Source of the DNA: Octopus sinensis
Lineage: Eukaryota
DNA: 64,000 nucleotides
Direction of reading: 5' to 3'
Assembly: GCF_006345805.1 (NCBI RefSeq)
Contig: NC_043002.1
Location: 87,482,001-87,546,000, forward strand
Below are positions 11,232-24,546 of this stretch, in pieces. Under the pieces are notes generated by a model. The model was not told the origin of the DNA, made no database searches, and saw only the letters and a program-made list of their open reading frames with translations. Each line of letters opens with the position of its first letter. Within the stretch, counting starts at the first letter, position 1. Made by a program: the position numbers and the translations under genes.

Positions 11232-12821
11232 AAATTTGACTTTTGCTTTACGTTTGTACAAGTTGGCTCCAAGTCTCACCCACAGACCTCAAGAGACAAC
11301 AAGTTAGAAGTTCATGCTGGTGTTATGCCTTGGGTGTCATATATTTGGTTTTGTACATAGTATTGTTCTAGAGAATGTTCAAGAGAACATAAGAATATTA
11401 CGAGTTTGTTTTAAAATTTCCGATTACATAGACAGTATTTTACATAGGATATGGGCAGTTCCCCTGAGTCCTATCTTTGGAATTTCTGCCATTTTGGAGT
11501 TTCTTGGTATCTGAGCTAGGTAGCAATCAGCCCCTTTTGCTATTATTCCTAGGGCGCCTATGACAACAGGCATTGTTTTAGTCTTGTGGTTCCACATTTT
11601 GCCAACTTCTATTTCAAGATCATTATACTTGCTGAGTTTTTTGGTAGGTCTTGACAGATATATTCATATCCATTGGGAGAGTCATATCAATGAGGAGCCA
11701 TAATTTTTGTCTCCAGTCTTTCAATATAATTCTGGCCTCTTTGCATCTATCATTCTGCCAGTTTGAATGGTGTAGTTTCAGAGGAGTGAGATAAGATAAT
11801 TTTCAAGCACTGGAGGTGGTTTGTATTCCCACCAGCTTTTATCATGGAGTAGGTCCAGGTTTTTGCAAATTACCCAGAGAATATATTGTACAGTTCTACC
11901 ATGCCTGTTGAGATATTCTCTAGGCACAAGAAGACTGCACATGGAGAAAACATGATCCATGGTTTCATTTTGTTGTTGACATACACGACATGTTGGGCTA
12001 CTGCCTTTCTTTAATATATTGGCCTGGTAGCTCCTTGTATGTAGGCATTGATCTTGGGCTGCTATGATAAACCCTTCTGTTTCTGATTTTAAGCCTGAAA
12101 CCATTAGCCATTGATGGGTCAGGGCTTTGTCAACATCTGCATTATTCGCTCTCTTTGGGTATTTGCCATTGAGAGGCTTTTCTTGCCATTTATCAGTAAG
12201 AATATCTAAGGCAACAGTTTTAGCAGGGGTTTTCATGCGCTTAGCTTTTTCTGTGCTTGGTTCTTGTACGTCTAATTCCGAAATTGGTTGTATTCGGAAT
12301 TCACTTAAATATTCCTTTGCCTGTTTTGTACTGAGTATGATGCTTTCTTGTTTTCATGTTTTGAGACAAGTTTTAACATCCAGTCCTGAGAGTTTTTCAG
12401 GTAGGTGTCTAGGCCAATTGTAGCGATCTTCATTGTTATTGCTAGTTGTAAAAGTCCACGGCCTCACTCTTTTCTTGGCAGATAAAGTCGTTCTATATCA
12501 GCGTTAAGGTGGTGCATTCTATGCATTGTCAACAGTTTTCGTATTTTTCTGTCAAGATTACATATTTCAGTAATTGACCAGTTAACGATATTGAAACTGT
12601 AAATCACGACTGGTATGGCTAAAGCATTGATCGCTTCGATCCTCTTTCTCGCATTCAGCTCTGTCTTGAGTATTGCTCTTACTCTGCGATAACATTCTCT
12701 CCTGATCCTTTCCTTCATCACTGAATGCCTTATTCCGTCCCCTTCAATTACCCCTAGGTACTTGTAGCTCTCCGCTGGGGCTAACTCTTTTATGACATTC
12801 AGCTGGTCAAGGTTAACGTTA

Positions 12822-12822
<1 letters not shown>
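11231..12822 (-). mobile_element. 5'-truncated R4/Dong-clade non-LTR retrotransposon (RT end, CCHC knuckle, restriction-like endonuclease)
   Basis: ORF 12464..12934: YKYLG..ELNA..RIEAINALAIPV..YSF..VNW..LDRKIRKLLTM. ORF 11778..12236: CRVC...ETMDHVFSMC..RHG. Downstream RPDIIL..LLIDMT..KYNDL..PVVIGALG. (TAA)n on both flanks. Confidence 0.85.
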
Positions 12823-12874
<52 letters not shown>

Positions 12875-13100
12875 TATTATTATTGTTGTTGTTGTTTTTG
12901 TTGTTTTTGTTGTTGTTCTTGTTGTCGACGTCATCGTCGTTGTTGGTTTTATTTGTTTAGCACTCAGAGTAATAGAAAAGTTTTAACGCTTCGGATTAAA
13001 TTCTTGTAGCGGAAAGAGAGAATGTATGAGAGAGAGAGAGGGGGGAGGAGAGAAAGAGAGAGAAAGAAATAGAGAGAGATAGAAAGAAAAGAACAGAACA

Positions 13101-13143
<43 letters not shown>

Positions 13144-13523
13144 AACAGAACAGGAAATGAAAAGGAAAGGATAAGATACGAGAGAGATTTAAAAGTCCAA
13201 GTGTTGATTATTCCACCGTCATTGTGAAAGTGACGTACGTTACTCTCGTCAGAGACCAGCTGCTGGAGAGGCTTAGAAGCTCGACTTATTATCAAATACA
13301 TCTTACTCTACACTAATAGTACATCAAATTTATTGTTAATATTCACTGTTTTTATATTTATAAAGATATCCTTGAACTATGTATAAGTACACTCACAAAC
13401 ATACACACACACACACACACATATTCTGAGAGATGAGAGAGATAGAAGTACGTCTGCATTTACATGTACAAGCAAAAACAATTCAATACGTCAAGTATAG
13501 TTATCTATCTACCTGTCTGTTTG

Positions 13524-13561
<38 letters not shown>

Positions 13562-13564
<3 letters not shown>

Positions 13565-13793
13565 TTCTTTACTACCCACAAGGGGCTAAACACAGAGAGG
13601 GCAAACAAGGACAGACAACCGGATTAAGTCGATTATATCGACCCCAGTGCGTAACTGGTACTTATTTAATCGACCCCGAAAGGATGACAGGCAAAGTCGA
13701 CCTCGGCTGAATTTGAACTTAGAACGTAGCTACAGACGAAATACTGCTGAGCATTTCGCCCGGCGTGCTAACGTTTCTGGCAGCTCGCTCGCC
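13562..13793 (-). mobile_element. SINE family B (Meta-domain-like), full length
   Basis: Colinear with 4310..4540. Confidence 0.8.
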
Positions 13794-13801
13794 TATCTAT
13801 C

Positions 13802-14597
13802 GAACTGCAGTCGTGGATCAAAAAGAGGCTGAAAAAGGGCGAATGACATCGCGAGTGTCGCGTTGCTCTCAAGCAATTATGCCGTCCCGGCTCGACCTTG
13901 AGTGACTTCAACACAACCCAAACATTCTGTAGGGGATTAGTGGAGGGGAGGTACGACGACGAGCTCGGGGCGAACCTGGACGTCGACGAGGAATACCTGA
14001 CCCGCATGTTCAGGACGACTTTCGGGCCAGGCCCCATGGACAACTTCCAGAGATCCCTGGCCTGGCAGTGCTACCGAGAAGCGCTACTCGTTCGGGATAA
14101 GCTCTACAGACACGGCTCGAGAAACACGGGGCCGACCTGCTCGAGATGCGGTCAGAGCGACTAAACCGTTCAGCTCGCACTCGTGCAGTGTCCAACAATT
14201 TCCGACCTGTGGGCTTATGTCGAACAACTGCTGTCACGTGTGGGACGAGTCGGTTTATCAGCCGAGTCTATCGTCAATATTGTCACGCTTCCTTCCTTCA
14301 AACTGGAATATTGACCGAGATTACCGTGGTCTTTTCCGTAGGCTTTTCTTCCCACGGATAAACCTTATCTGCTTCCCTCTTTACACCTTACATCATGACA
14401 CTGTGATACACGATCCCTATTGATCGTTTTTTTCTTCTTTTGTTTCTTTTCTTTTTTTCTTTCTTCTTTCCCTTTTACGATCCCTTTTGATCGAAACCTA
14501 TCCCACCTTTTTATTTTTTTCCCTCCCCCAAAAAGAAAAGCTCTACTTTCTAATCTGTCCCGTCTGTGTGCAACCCTGTGTGGCTAATAAAGAAACT
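13802..14597 (+). mobile_element. 5'-truncated L1/Tx1-like LINE 3' end (zf-RVT region)
   Basis: FQRSLAWQCYREAL.VRDKLYRHG..CSRCGQSD*TVQ.ALVQCP resembles the C-terminal Cys-rich domain of Tx1/L1 ORF2. Pyrimidine-rich 3'UTR, AATAAA at 14586, then (TATC)n. Confidence 0.65.
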
Positions 14598-14611
14598 TAT
14601 CTATCTATCTG

Positions 14612-14690
<79 letters not shown>

Positions 14691-14715
14691 GTCTGCTTGC
14701 CAGTCTATCTGTCTG

Positions 14716-14755
<40 letters not shown>

Positions 14756-14756
14756 A

Positions 14757-14816
<60 letters not shown>

Positions 14817-14821
14817 CATCC

Positions 14822-14874
<53 letters not shown>

Positions 14875-14880
14875 ACTGTT
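14598..14880. repeat. (TATC)n microsatellite
   Basis: Direct reading. Confidence 0.95.
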
Positions 14881-15852
14881 TGTCTATCAGTTTATCTCTG
14901 TTATACGTACATACATTGATATATTGATGTAGATATAGACATATATACATGTGTGTGTATGTGTGTACTTGTGTGTGAATGTGTGTGTGTGTGTGTGTGT
15001 GCATGTGTGTGTATGGTGTGTGTGTTTGTTTGTGTATTTGGGTATTTGAGTGACTATGCATAAATAGTCCTTAAACCTTGAAGACCTGCACTTGACAGGC
15101 GGCATTCCCTAACTATGTAACGCCCTTTAAAATCACATACTATTTATCGTTGATGAAGATACGTCTACCTTACCCTACACTACATGATCGTTACCTAAAC
15201 GGTTGTTCCATGGTTCATCAATATTGGCAGAACTCAACTACTTACAGAACTGCCTATAAATTATCGAAACCTAAATTTTTATCCCGTGATACTTGCTCGT
15301 CACGATCGCATAGGACGATTTGTCGATGAAATGAAATGTAGGAACAATAGATCACCTCGATGAAAGTTCGACTTTATATTAACTAAACCATCGGAAGAAC
15401 TCAGCAAGTCAAGTATAAATACATAAAGTCGTAAATGAATGTACGGTACAGTACAAGCAGCCATCAATCTGTGGCGTGTATGACTTTGTAATATACCTCG
15501 TACTTTCGCTAATTTGTTTTAGATACCTGTGTAGTCGTGAACAAATATAAATCCCACGTCGGTTCCTTCAACTTCAGCTTTGATTCAGTGGAATATTTGA
15601 GACAGAATCGGTCTTGTCATAACCCAGCTGAATCTCGTTACAACTGAGCAGATTGCAGCAACCTAAAATGAAGTGCCTTGCTCAAAGACAGAACATGCAG
15701 CTCGATCCAAAAACTGATTCCTCTACATTATGATCATAAACCAATCATTCTAGCCATTTGACCACGCACTTTCACTATATAAATTCACCAATTTACCTAA
15801 ACACACTCCACGCAATAGATGGAGAAAAAAAATTGCATTCGTTTGTTTACAG

Positions 15853-15873
15853 AGAATGTAAATCGACATTTAG
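15853..15873 (+). CDS. Candidate 21-nt micro-exon of an unidentified host gene (xNVNRHLx)
   Basis: Acceptor gcattcgtttgtttacAG, donor AG/GTACGT, phase 1-1; joins in frame to 22077. Confidence 0.25.
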
Positions 15874-16345
15874 GTACGTCAAGTTGAATAAATGATAGAT
15901 TGTGACTGGTATATATTTGTTTTTCTATTTGTTTCCAACAATATTTTAAAAGAATATGACCAATTGCTTTTGTTTGAAATTTCAACTATATGACTGTAAG
16001 TCCTTTGTTCCATTTTCTTTACAACAGTAGTCTTTTGTATTTATGCATTTTGTGTTTTGGTTAAAGAATTCACTGAGTGCTCATTGAGTGTGTAAAAGTT
16101 ACGTTAGTTCCGAAAAATATATATGCAAAGTAAATTTCTTATCTACTTATAAATATAATTTTTTCCCCCAAAACTTTCGTGTTGATTTTCATTTGATGTT
16201 AATTATTGAAGAGCATTCTTTAAACACTTTTCATTGTGTTTCACTTTGAAATTCTCATTTGTGTTTTTAATTTGTAGCTTGTTTTTGCAGGTTTTAAAAA
16301 AGCATAAACAAATACAACAAACAAAACAAAACAAACATTTATATA

Positions 16346-17690
16346 CGAGGTGGTATCTAAAAGTTCCCGAACTAGTTCTGTAGCGCGAAAACAGATGACA
16401 GCATATGGCTGCGTGTGTAGTGAGAGATAGCAGGGATCTTCATTACTGTGAGCCGAGTGATATTGTTCTGTTTACTTCGCCGGTTGTAAAGTTTCTAATT
16501 TTGTGATGACGCATATACTGTAGTCTGTGATTTTTGTGATGGACAGGAAGTTGGAACAAAGTCCCACCGCGAAATTTTGTGTGGATCTTTTCGGTTTGAA
16601 CGGCAGTTTTTTCTAGCGGTATCATATGAAATTGTCACCCATAATTATGACCCTAGTATCGATCTATTGCATTTCAATCTGTTTTAGGGCTAGGGTTAGT
16701 TAGGGTTAGTTAGAGTTAGTTAGGGTTAGGGTTAGGGTTAGCGTTAGGGGTGGGGGAAGGGTATCTTTTTACTTCACAAATGTATATAAACATAATCTGT
16801 TTCTTAAACGAGGGACATATTCATACGGCACAGAATGTTGTTTACCTCAATGGACGTCAGTGATTGGTTGAAATTGCAGAAATTGAAGAAAAAAACAACA
16901 AATATCTTACAAACTATAGAATTTTCTCAATAAAGCCAAGAGAAAAAGATGTTTTATAAACACATTCTACCAGTATACGAAGTTTAAAAGTGTTTAGTTA
17001 CCTAGAAATTATGTTAAAAACTGCCGTTCAAATCGAAAAGATCCTTTTGTGTTAAAGATTTGAAGTCTGCTACAAAGACGTCGAACATGCTTTGGCAAAC
17101 TTGCGGCGACGAGGCAATAGGTCGTATACAATGTTTTGAATGGCAAGGGTGCTTCAAAAACGAAAGAAGGTCCCTGGAAGAGGATGAGCGATCTGGAAGA
17201 CTGGACACGTGTGTTACCCGGAAAATGTGGTATTGTGCATCGAGAATTCGTCTACCAGGGCCAGACTGCCAATCGAGAGTCCCACTGCGAAGTTTTGAAG
17301 CGTTTGAAGAACATTCGGCGATAGCGTCCGGATCTCTGGCGCACTAAGAATTGGATTTTTTTCGACGACAAAGCACCCTGTCACCAAGCTCTCTTCACTT
17401 GTGAATTTGTCGCTAAAGACATGTTGTCGCTTCCGCACCAGCCATATTCACCAGATTTAGCACCTACTGATTTCCATCTCTTCCCTAAGATGAAAATGCA
17501 GCTCAAAGGTTGCCGTTTTAACAATGTTGTCGAGATCAAGAGCGAGTCGCAGAAGATCCCCGACTCGCTTACGGAAAACGACTTCCAGACTGATTTCCAA
17601 GAACGGCAGGAACGCTGGGACCAGTGTAAATCTTCGCAAATGATTATTTCGAAGGAGATGATGTTAAAACTTTGGTAAATGATATATATT
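16346..17690 (+). mobile_element. Decayed mariner transposon interrupted by a MITE
   Basis: TA plus left TIR cgaggtggtatctaaaagttcc. Transposase remnants FEW..F..ERRSLEEDERSGR, GIVHREFV..GQT.N, PYSPDLAPTDFHLFPKMK. Right TIR not found. Confidence 0.8.
16583..17044 (+). mobile_element. MITE with ~29-bp TIRs, 8-bp TSD and internal TTAGGG repeats (Merlin-like termini), copy 1
   Basis: TIR ggatcttttcggtttgaacggcagttttt / aaaaactgccgttcaaatcgaaaagatcc; TSD ttttgtgt at 16575-16582 and 17045-17052. Confidence 0.85.
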
Positions 17691-17701
17691 TTTATTAAAT
17701 A

Positions 17702-17865
17702 TGGAAGGTGTTTATAAGTCATTTAAGAAACACAAAAAACCGTTAGATTCACTTCAACATTTAAATTTAATTTGTCAAAATATTTTCGTCGCGGTCTCAA
17801 AGCGACGAAAATATTTTGGCAAATTGTTTTTGTGTGTTTCTTAAATGACTTATAAACACCTTCCA
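17702..17865. repeat. Fold-back (inverted) PLE pseudo-LTR-derived segment
   Basis: Perfect 32-bp arms at 17702-17733 and 17834-17865; inner 24-bp arms at 17769-17792 and 17802-17825. Confidence 0.85.
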
Positions 17866-18750
17866 CGCTGCAATTGTTTTCGTTCCAGCACCCGATCTCA
17901 TATCAAGTCACTTGCCATGCAAGTACATCTCCGTAAATATATATATATTTACAGAAATTTAAAGAAAACGAAAGACAAAGACAGGTAAAGGAACAACAAG
18001 CAGGTGTATTAATTTGACGCTAGGGAAGCATGTAAAAGTCTGTCTGTCTTTGTTCACCACCATTCCTTGACAACGGTGTTGGTCTGCTTACGTCCCTGTA
18101 ACCTAACGTTTTGGCAAAACACAGAAGGAATAAGTTCCAGGCTTAAAAAATACAAATACTGGTATCAATTCAATTCACTTTGAGGTGGTGCTCCAGCATG
18201 CCCGGTGTCTAATGACTGAAACAAGTTTAAGATATATACATATATATATATATATATATGCAACACACACACACAAACTCGCACGGACGCACACACACAC
18301 ACACAGAGGCAAGCACCTTTCTTAAGAACATTAAAAACATAAGCAAAGTGAAGCAGCTACATTTGGAGAATAGAAAGTAAGTGGCACGCGTGTTTTCATA
18401 GAGATACTAAACGCTATCATACGTCATCTGACTTGCTCTTTATCAAAATGTTTCACAAAATAATTTATACCAAAGTATTATTTTATAATATAATTACTCT
18501 CGTCAAATGAAGAATGCATCGATAATTTAACATGCAATTTACTTGTCAAGAAATTCATTAGAGTTTTGGAACAGTTTTAAGATGTAATTCTTTGTTGATG
18601 GAAATCTCTAATCTGCAAATATCAATCAATAGATTCTCAGTATCTCATTACATATGCAATCATGATTATAGGTGTGCATGCACACACGTATGTATATATG
18701 TATGTGTGAAAGTAGGCTCATTTGTATATGTGCATAATGCATTTATGCTA

Positions 18751-18823
<73 letters not shown>

Positions 18824-18927
18824 ATATAATAATAATAATAATAATAAATTAGGGAATAAATCCAAACTTACAGGGAAAAATTAGATTTAGGATTAAATCC
18901 AATTTTATAGTATAAATATATTATATT

Positions 18928-19361
18928 ATATTAAATTAGAGATAAAACCACTATTAGGCAAATCAAACAGTAAAAAACATAAGCCAATACATAAAATTAA
19001 TTTTAAATATAAAAGTTAAAAATAAAAAATCATTCAAATAATTAAACTTATAAATTTTATATATATACAAATATATATATATGTATGTATGTATATTTTT
19101 ATATTTATATATTATTTTATTTATTAATTAACTAATTAATTAATTTAAAAAATTTTTTATATATCAAAAGTATTAAAAATTTAATAAAAGAAAAATACTT
19201 TTGATATATAAAAAAATAAATAAATTAATAAAATAATATGTAAATATAAAAATATACATACTATATATATATAATATATATATATATAATATTATATATA
19301 TATTATATATATATATATAGTATATTATATATATATATATATATATATATTTGTATATATA

Positions 19362-19400
<39 letters not shown>

Positions 19401-19427
19401 TATATATATATATATATATATATATTG

Positions 19428-19467
<40 letters not shown>

Positions 19468-19613
19468 ATATATATATATATAAAATTTATAAGTTAAATT
19501 ATTTGAATATTTTTTTATTTTTAACTTTTATATTTTAAAATTAATTTTATGTATTGGCTTATGTTTTTCACTGTTTGATTTGCCTAATAGTGATTTTATC
19601 TCTAATTTAATAT
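18928..19613. repeat. ~130-bp inverted repeat arms flanking an AT-rich/(AT)n core
   Basis: attaaattagagataaaaccactattaggcaaatcaaacag... reappears as its reverse complement ending at ~19611. Confidence 0.8.
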
Positions 19614-19768
19614 GATATATATATATATATTATATATATATATATGTGGGGTGTGGTCTGCCTGTATGCCTTATATGCATGCAATTTATTTTGAATACAT
19701 ACATACATACATACATACCTATATATATAACATATATATACATATATAATATATATTATATACATATA

Positions 19769-19807
<39 letters not shown>

Positions 19808-19813
19808 ATATAT

Positions 19814-19868
<55 letters not shown>

Positions 19869-19875
19869 ATATACA

Positions 19876-19917
<42 letters not shown>

Positions 19918-20407
19918 TATATTATATAAAATATATATATATGATTGCAGCATTAGAGCATTTTAGCTCTATAATACCCTAGTCACATTTAGTGACGATT
20001 AATACTTTCCTTTTTTATTTGGTTTGCAAGTTTTTTTGTGCGAATTCGTGTGTTGAATTCATGTAGAAGTATTGTAGAGAGACTAATTAACATTTGAGAC
20101 AATATGACGACAACAGTCCTCCATACTCTACCAGTATCCCAAAGACCAACATGGAGTCACAATTGGTCAACTTGACATCCGCATTTTATCTAAGCACCCG
20201 AAGGACCGAATACTCAGAGAAATACGGTAGTACCTCCTCATTAATCAAATATCCCCAGTACTAAATAGGAAATATACGTTCTGTTATGTAGAAGTATGCA
20301 TAATAAATACGTAAACACAAACACACACCACACACACACATATATATATATATATTAAATATTATGTATGTATATATGTATATATATATGTATACATATA
20401 TATATAT

Positions 20408-20442
<35 letters not shown>

Positions 20443-20989
20443 ATATATATATTATATATATATGTATGATATATGTATATATATATATAATATATATATG
20501 TTATATATATATATATTATATATTATATATATATATTATATAGATATATATATATGTATATCTATCTATCTATATATATATACAGAGAGAGAGAGAGAGA
20601 GAGAGAGAAGAAGAGAGGGAGTAATGAATAATAATAGTTGAGTGTACTGATACAAATCCCTTACGGGTCGCCGTTTCTACCATGAGGCCTCAAAATCTTC
20701 CAAGTCATCCTCATAACGTTAGTGATATACAGGGATGAACAAACATTGGGCAGATGTTGGATAACGTCGAGCCTGAAGGCTTCCTCAGAAAGTACAAATG
20801 TTAGGAAACTAACATGTGGGAAATTCAGTTACAATAATAGAGTAGGGTAAAAATAAGATAAGATAGAATAAATTAGGTAAAATATTCCAAAAATAATGTA
20901 TTGTAATGTAATAGGCATGGTAATGAAAGGTACGAACTTTATTTTAAGGTGTTATAATCCATGGCATTCTATCCCGCGGTAAGTAAATA

Positions 20990-21890
20990 AAGTCACTCTC
21001 AGGAGAGATAACTGTAAGCCGATAATTTCTGAAATGAACCGGTTGAAGCGGATCAAGTTTGCTAAAAACCATATTGAATGGACGGCCGAAAACTTGTCAA
21101 AAGGAGCGACGAATCCCGCTTCTGCATCAGACGGAAAGACTTATGTTAGACGCCGTCCAACTGAAGAATTTCGTCCTAAGTGTGTCAAAAAAACAGCACA
21201 AGCGGGAGGTCGAGGGGTAATGGTGTGGGTCGCGTCCACTAGCTTAGTTGTTGGTCCAATTTTTAAGGTTGATGGCAGACTGAACAATGTTGGATATCTG
21301 CAATTAGTAAATGAAAGTGTGCAGCTATATTTAAACAATCAGATGCCACCAGGATCTATTTTACAGCAGGACAATTGCCCCGTTCATAAGGCTCGTTCAT
21401 AATTGCTTCGTTCATAACTACCATATTATTGTGCTCAAAATATGGTGGTTATTGAGTGGCTTCTGCAGAGCCCAGATTTGAATCCGATAGAAGATTTATG
21501 GAATCAGAACATTCCAATTGAGTTTTGTGCTCAGTTATCGAACTCCATGTCCCGCCGTTGTAAGGCCGTAATTGAAAATAATGGCTATGGAACGAGATAC
21601 TAATGATAAATTTTTGTACGTTTATCATTTGTGCTATAAACGTTTAATTTAAACAAAATAATGTTGGTACTGTCTTAAACTTATTTTGCCAACAATATTT
21701 AATCATTTGAATTAATTGTGCATTAAAATTATTCAAATTGTTGAAAGATATATAACGCCTATATCATTCGAAAGAGAAAAAAGTTCTACATAAATTGTAA
21801 AAAGCAAAATAATTTTCAACAGTTTGTTAAAAATAAATTAATGAAGAAATAGAACTGTCATCAACGGCCTTAAACTTATTTTAGTTAGTA
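20990..21890 (+). mobile_element. Decayed Tc1-like transposon (transposase C-terminal half)
   Basis: R..FAK.H.EW, YVRRRP.EEF.PKC.KKT..GG..VMVW, ILQQDNCPVHKA, QSPDLNPIEDLW, GYGTRY*. Confidence 0.85.
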
Positions 21891-21919
21891 TATATATATA
21901 TATACACACACACATGTGT

Positions 21920-21968
<49 letters not shown>

Positions 21969-22076
21969 CGTGTGTGTGTGTGTACGTGTGTGCGTGCCTG
22001 TATGATATTTTGAAGTGTAAATAACACCATTTGTTTTCTATTCTTTATAACATGTTCTTCTGAAAATTCGTTTTAG

Positions 22077-22122
22077 ACCAATTTTATTGTCATATTGTTC
22101 CTGGAAATACTATTGCATTTAA
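22077..22122 (+). CDS. Candidate 46-nt micro-exon (xQFYCHIVPGNTIAFx)
   Basis: Acceptor gaaaattcgttttAG, donor GTAATA; phase 1 in, phase 2 out; compatible with both neighbouring candidates. Confidence 0.25.
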
Positions 22123-22379
22123 GTAATACTGTTACAGAGTCTAACGCTATATTAATGAAACAAATTTCAGAATAAAATGGATGCATTTATTTTGTGCACA
22201 AGCGTCTATTCAATATACGCATGTTTGCGAAGTAAAATTTAAAATATATATATATATTTATGAAGTAAAATATTGACATAGTCCAAAATTGTTTATATCT
22301 TGATATTAAGGCGCGGTTGATATTTTTCCATAAATGTAGTTACTTAATTTAAACATCACTGAACAGACATTTCTCCATT

Positions 22380-22790
22380 GCATTGGTAGATAGGGAAAAT
22401 CTTAAAGCTTGGTCGGAGAATCCGCGCACATCTCTCAATGTGTTCACTTAGTGGTATTTGCCTATATCTTGGGAAACAAATTTGTTCGCCGTCTCATAGA
22501 CATTCTTGTTGGCCCTACATAGTTCTGTCGACATCCCGAAAATTTATGACGTAGATTAAGTTTTCGGATGTATAGATAAACTTGGTCGTAATTTTGAATC
22601 CTTACCCTTGTTTAAAATGGAATATCGAACTTTCCACAGTTAGATCGCCCACATTTTGTAACTCTTGGTACCATTGCTGTTGGGTGTAATTTTCGAATCT
22701 GTCAGAATTCTCTTGAGTGATTTTGGTCTTTCAAATTTTTCTTTTATATAATTCTATAAAATACTGTTTATAGTTCTACACGTGACAGCA
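22380..22790 (-). mobile_element. Degraded PLE GIY-YIG endonuclease fragment
   Basis: With frameshifts: QPKSLKRILT..GRSNCG..FKITTKFIYTSENLIYVI..GCRQNYVGPTRMS..RRRT..SEHIERC. Confidence 0.55.
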
Positions 22791-23118
22791 GCTGTTTGAT
22801 ATAACCCCACAGATCAGCAATGAGTTGTAGGAAGCAATGAATAAAGAAGAAAGAAACCAGTATTAAAAGAGAACGTTGAAGAGATAATGACGATTATATT
22901 GAAAGGATGTACGTATACTACAATGCAATGCTATACCCTAAAACACACAAGAATAAACTCACTCAGAGGCGGTGGTCTCTCAAAAAGTTAACGCTGTAAA
23001 GGAGGACCGTCTCTTAATGTCACTGCATAAATGAATAACAAAACCAAAACAGAACGAAAAACTGATGACCACGACAACAACAAGGAAGTAATAAAAGGTA
23101 TTTACTTAAAAATACCAA

Positions 23119-23542
23119 GTGTATGTATGTATGTATGTATGTATGTATGTATGTATGTATGTATGTACGTATGTATATATGTATGCATGTATATATGTAT
23201 ATGTGTATGTATGTATGTATGTATGTATGTATGTATGTATGTACGTATGTATGTATGTATGTACGTATGTATATATGTATGTATGTATATATGTATGTAT
23301 GTATGTACGTACGTATGTATGTATGTACGTATGTATATATGTATGTATATATGTATGTATATATGTATGTATGTATGTATGTACGCATGTATGTACGTAT
23401 GTATATATGTATGTATGTATGTATGTATATATGTATATATGTATGTATGTATATATGTATGTATGTACGCATGTATGTACGTATGTATATATGTATGTAT
23501 ATATGTATGTATGTATGTATGTATGTACGTATGTATATATGC

Positions 23543-23570
<28 letters not shown>
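23119..23570. repeat. Compound (TATG)n microsatellite with TACG/TATA variants
   Basis: Direct reading. Confidence 0.95.
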
Positions 23571-23573
<3 letters not shown>

Positions 23574-24546
23574 AAAGAACGATGGACAGATGTCACTGAT
23601 TAAAATGAAGCGATATATGAATCCTACAATGCGACGCTATACGCAAAACACACAGGAATAAACTCATGCACCAATTATCCAATAAAATGAACCCCATCCA
23701 TGGACACCATGCAAAGGAAAGTCGTTAATGTTCTAAGAAACCAATAAAACGCCAATCTTCTTTTGCTTCCATTACACTGTGATAAATTTTGATTACGTAT
23801 TGTATTGTATAGAGTTATAGAAGAAAGAGTAAATTTGTGAAAATCAGACTGATAACGAGAACTACACAACATGACTGTCAATTCAACTTCCTTACGTTGT
23901 GTTTTCACCGTTTTTATTTTCTGTTTTAAATGTACTTCTTTATTCGTTTAACTGGTATCAACCATTGGATCGTGGCCAATATTGGGGCATTGCTTTTAAT
24001 AGATCTATTAGATAGCTATCGACCTCCGGTAAATCTGTATGGTAACTCATTTCATAGACGTCGGAAGAAGATGGAAGTCAAAATTGCAGGACATCAATGG
24101 ACGTAACCAAAATGAAACCAAGAGAGAGCCAAATATATAACGAGTATTTGTTCAAAGCACGGATTCTGAAAATCACCGAGGTTCTCACATGTTGACCTAA
24201 ATTCGAGTTGTATATGTTTTATATTCTTGCTTGTAAATGTAGTGTATACATCCGACAAACATGGCTAATTACGTTTTATATTGTATAGTATATGAATTCT
24301 ACAATCTCGTTTACACACGTATGCATTTTATACACGTGGCTAGACAGGTGATGTATGCATTATCTCACAAAGTGTGATACATGTTTAATATATTGCATAT
24401 TTTCTACACATGTCGCAACATGATACGAAATACAGCAGCCGAAAACCGTTTAAATACTAATCATAGATTAAGTATGTGATATCAATGATGTTTACATTAT
24501 TTTAGCTGCTAATAATTCATAATCTAATTTTGTTTTATTTGTGCAG

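Noticed and set aside
16682-16755. TTAGGG tract as evidence of a chromosome end or fusion site
   Set aside because: It is internal to a TIR- and TSD-bounded MITE that occurs three times in the window.
23675-23908. ORF with faint similarity to a Tc1/mariner N-terminal HTH
   Set aside because: Similarity is too weak and no TIR or catalytic motif was located.
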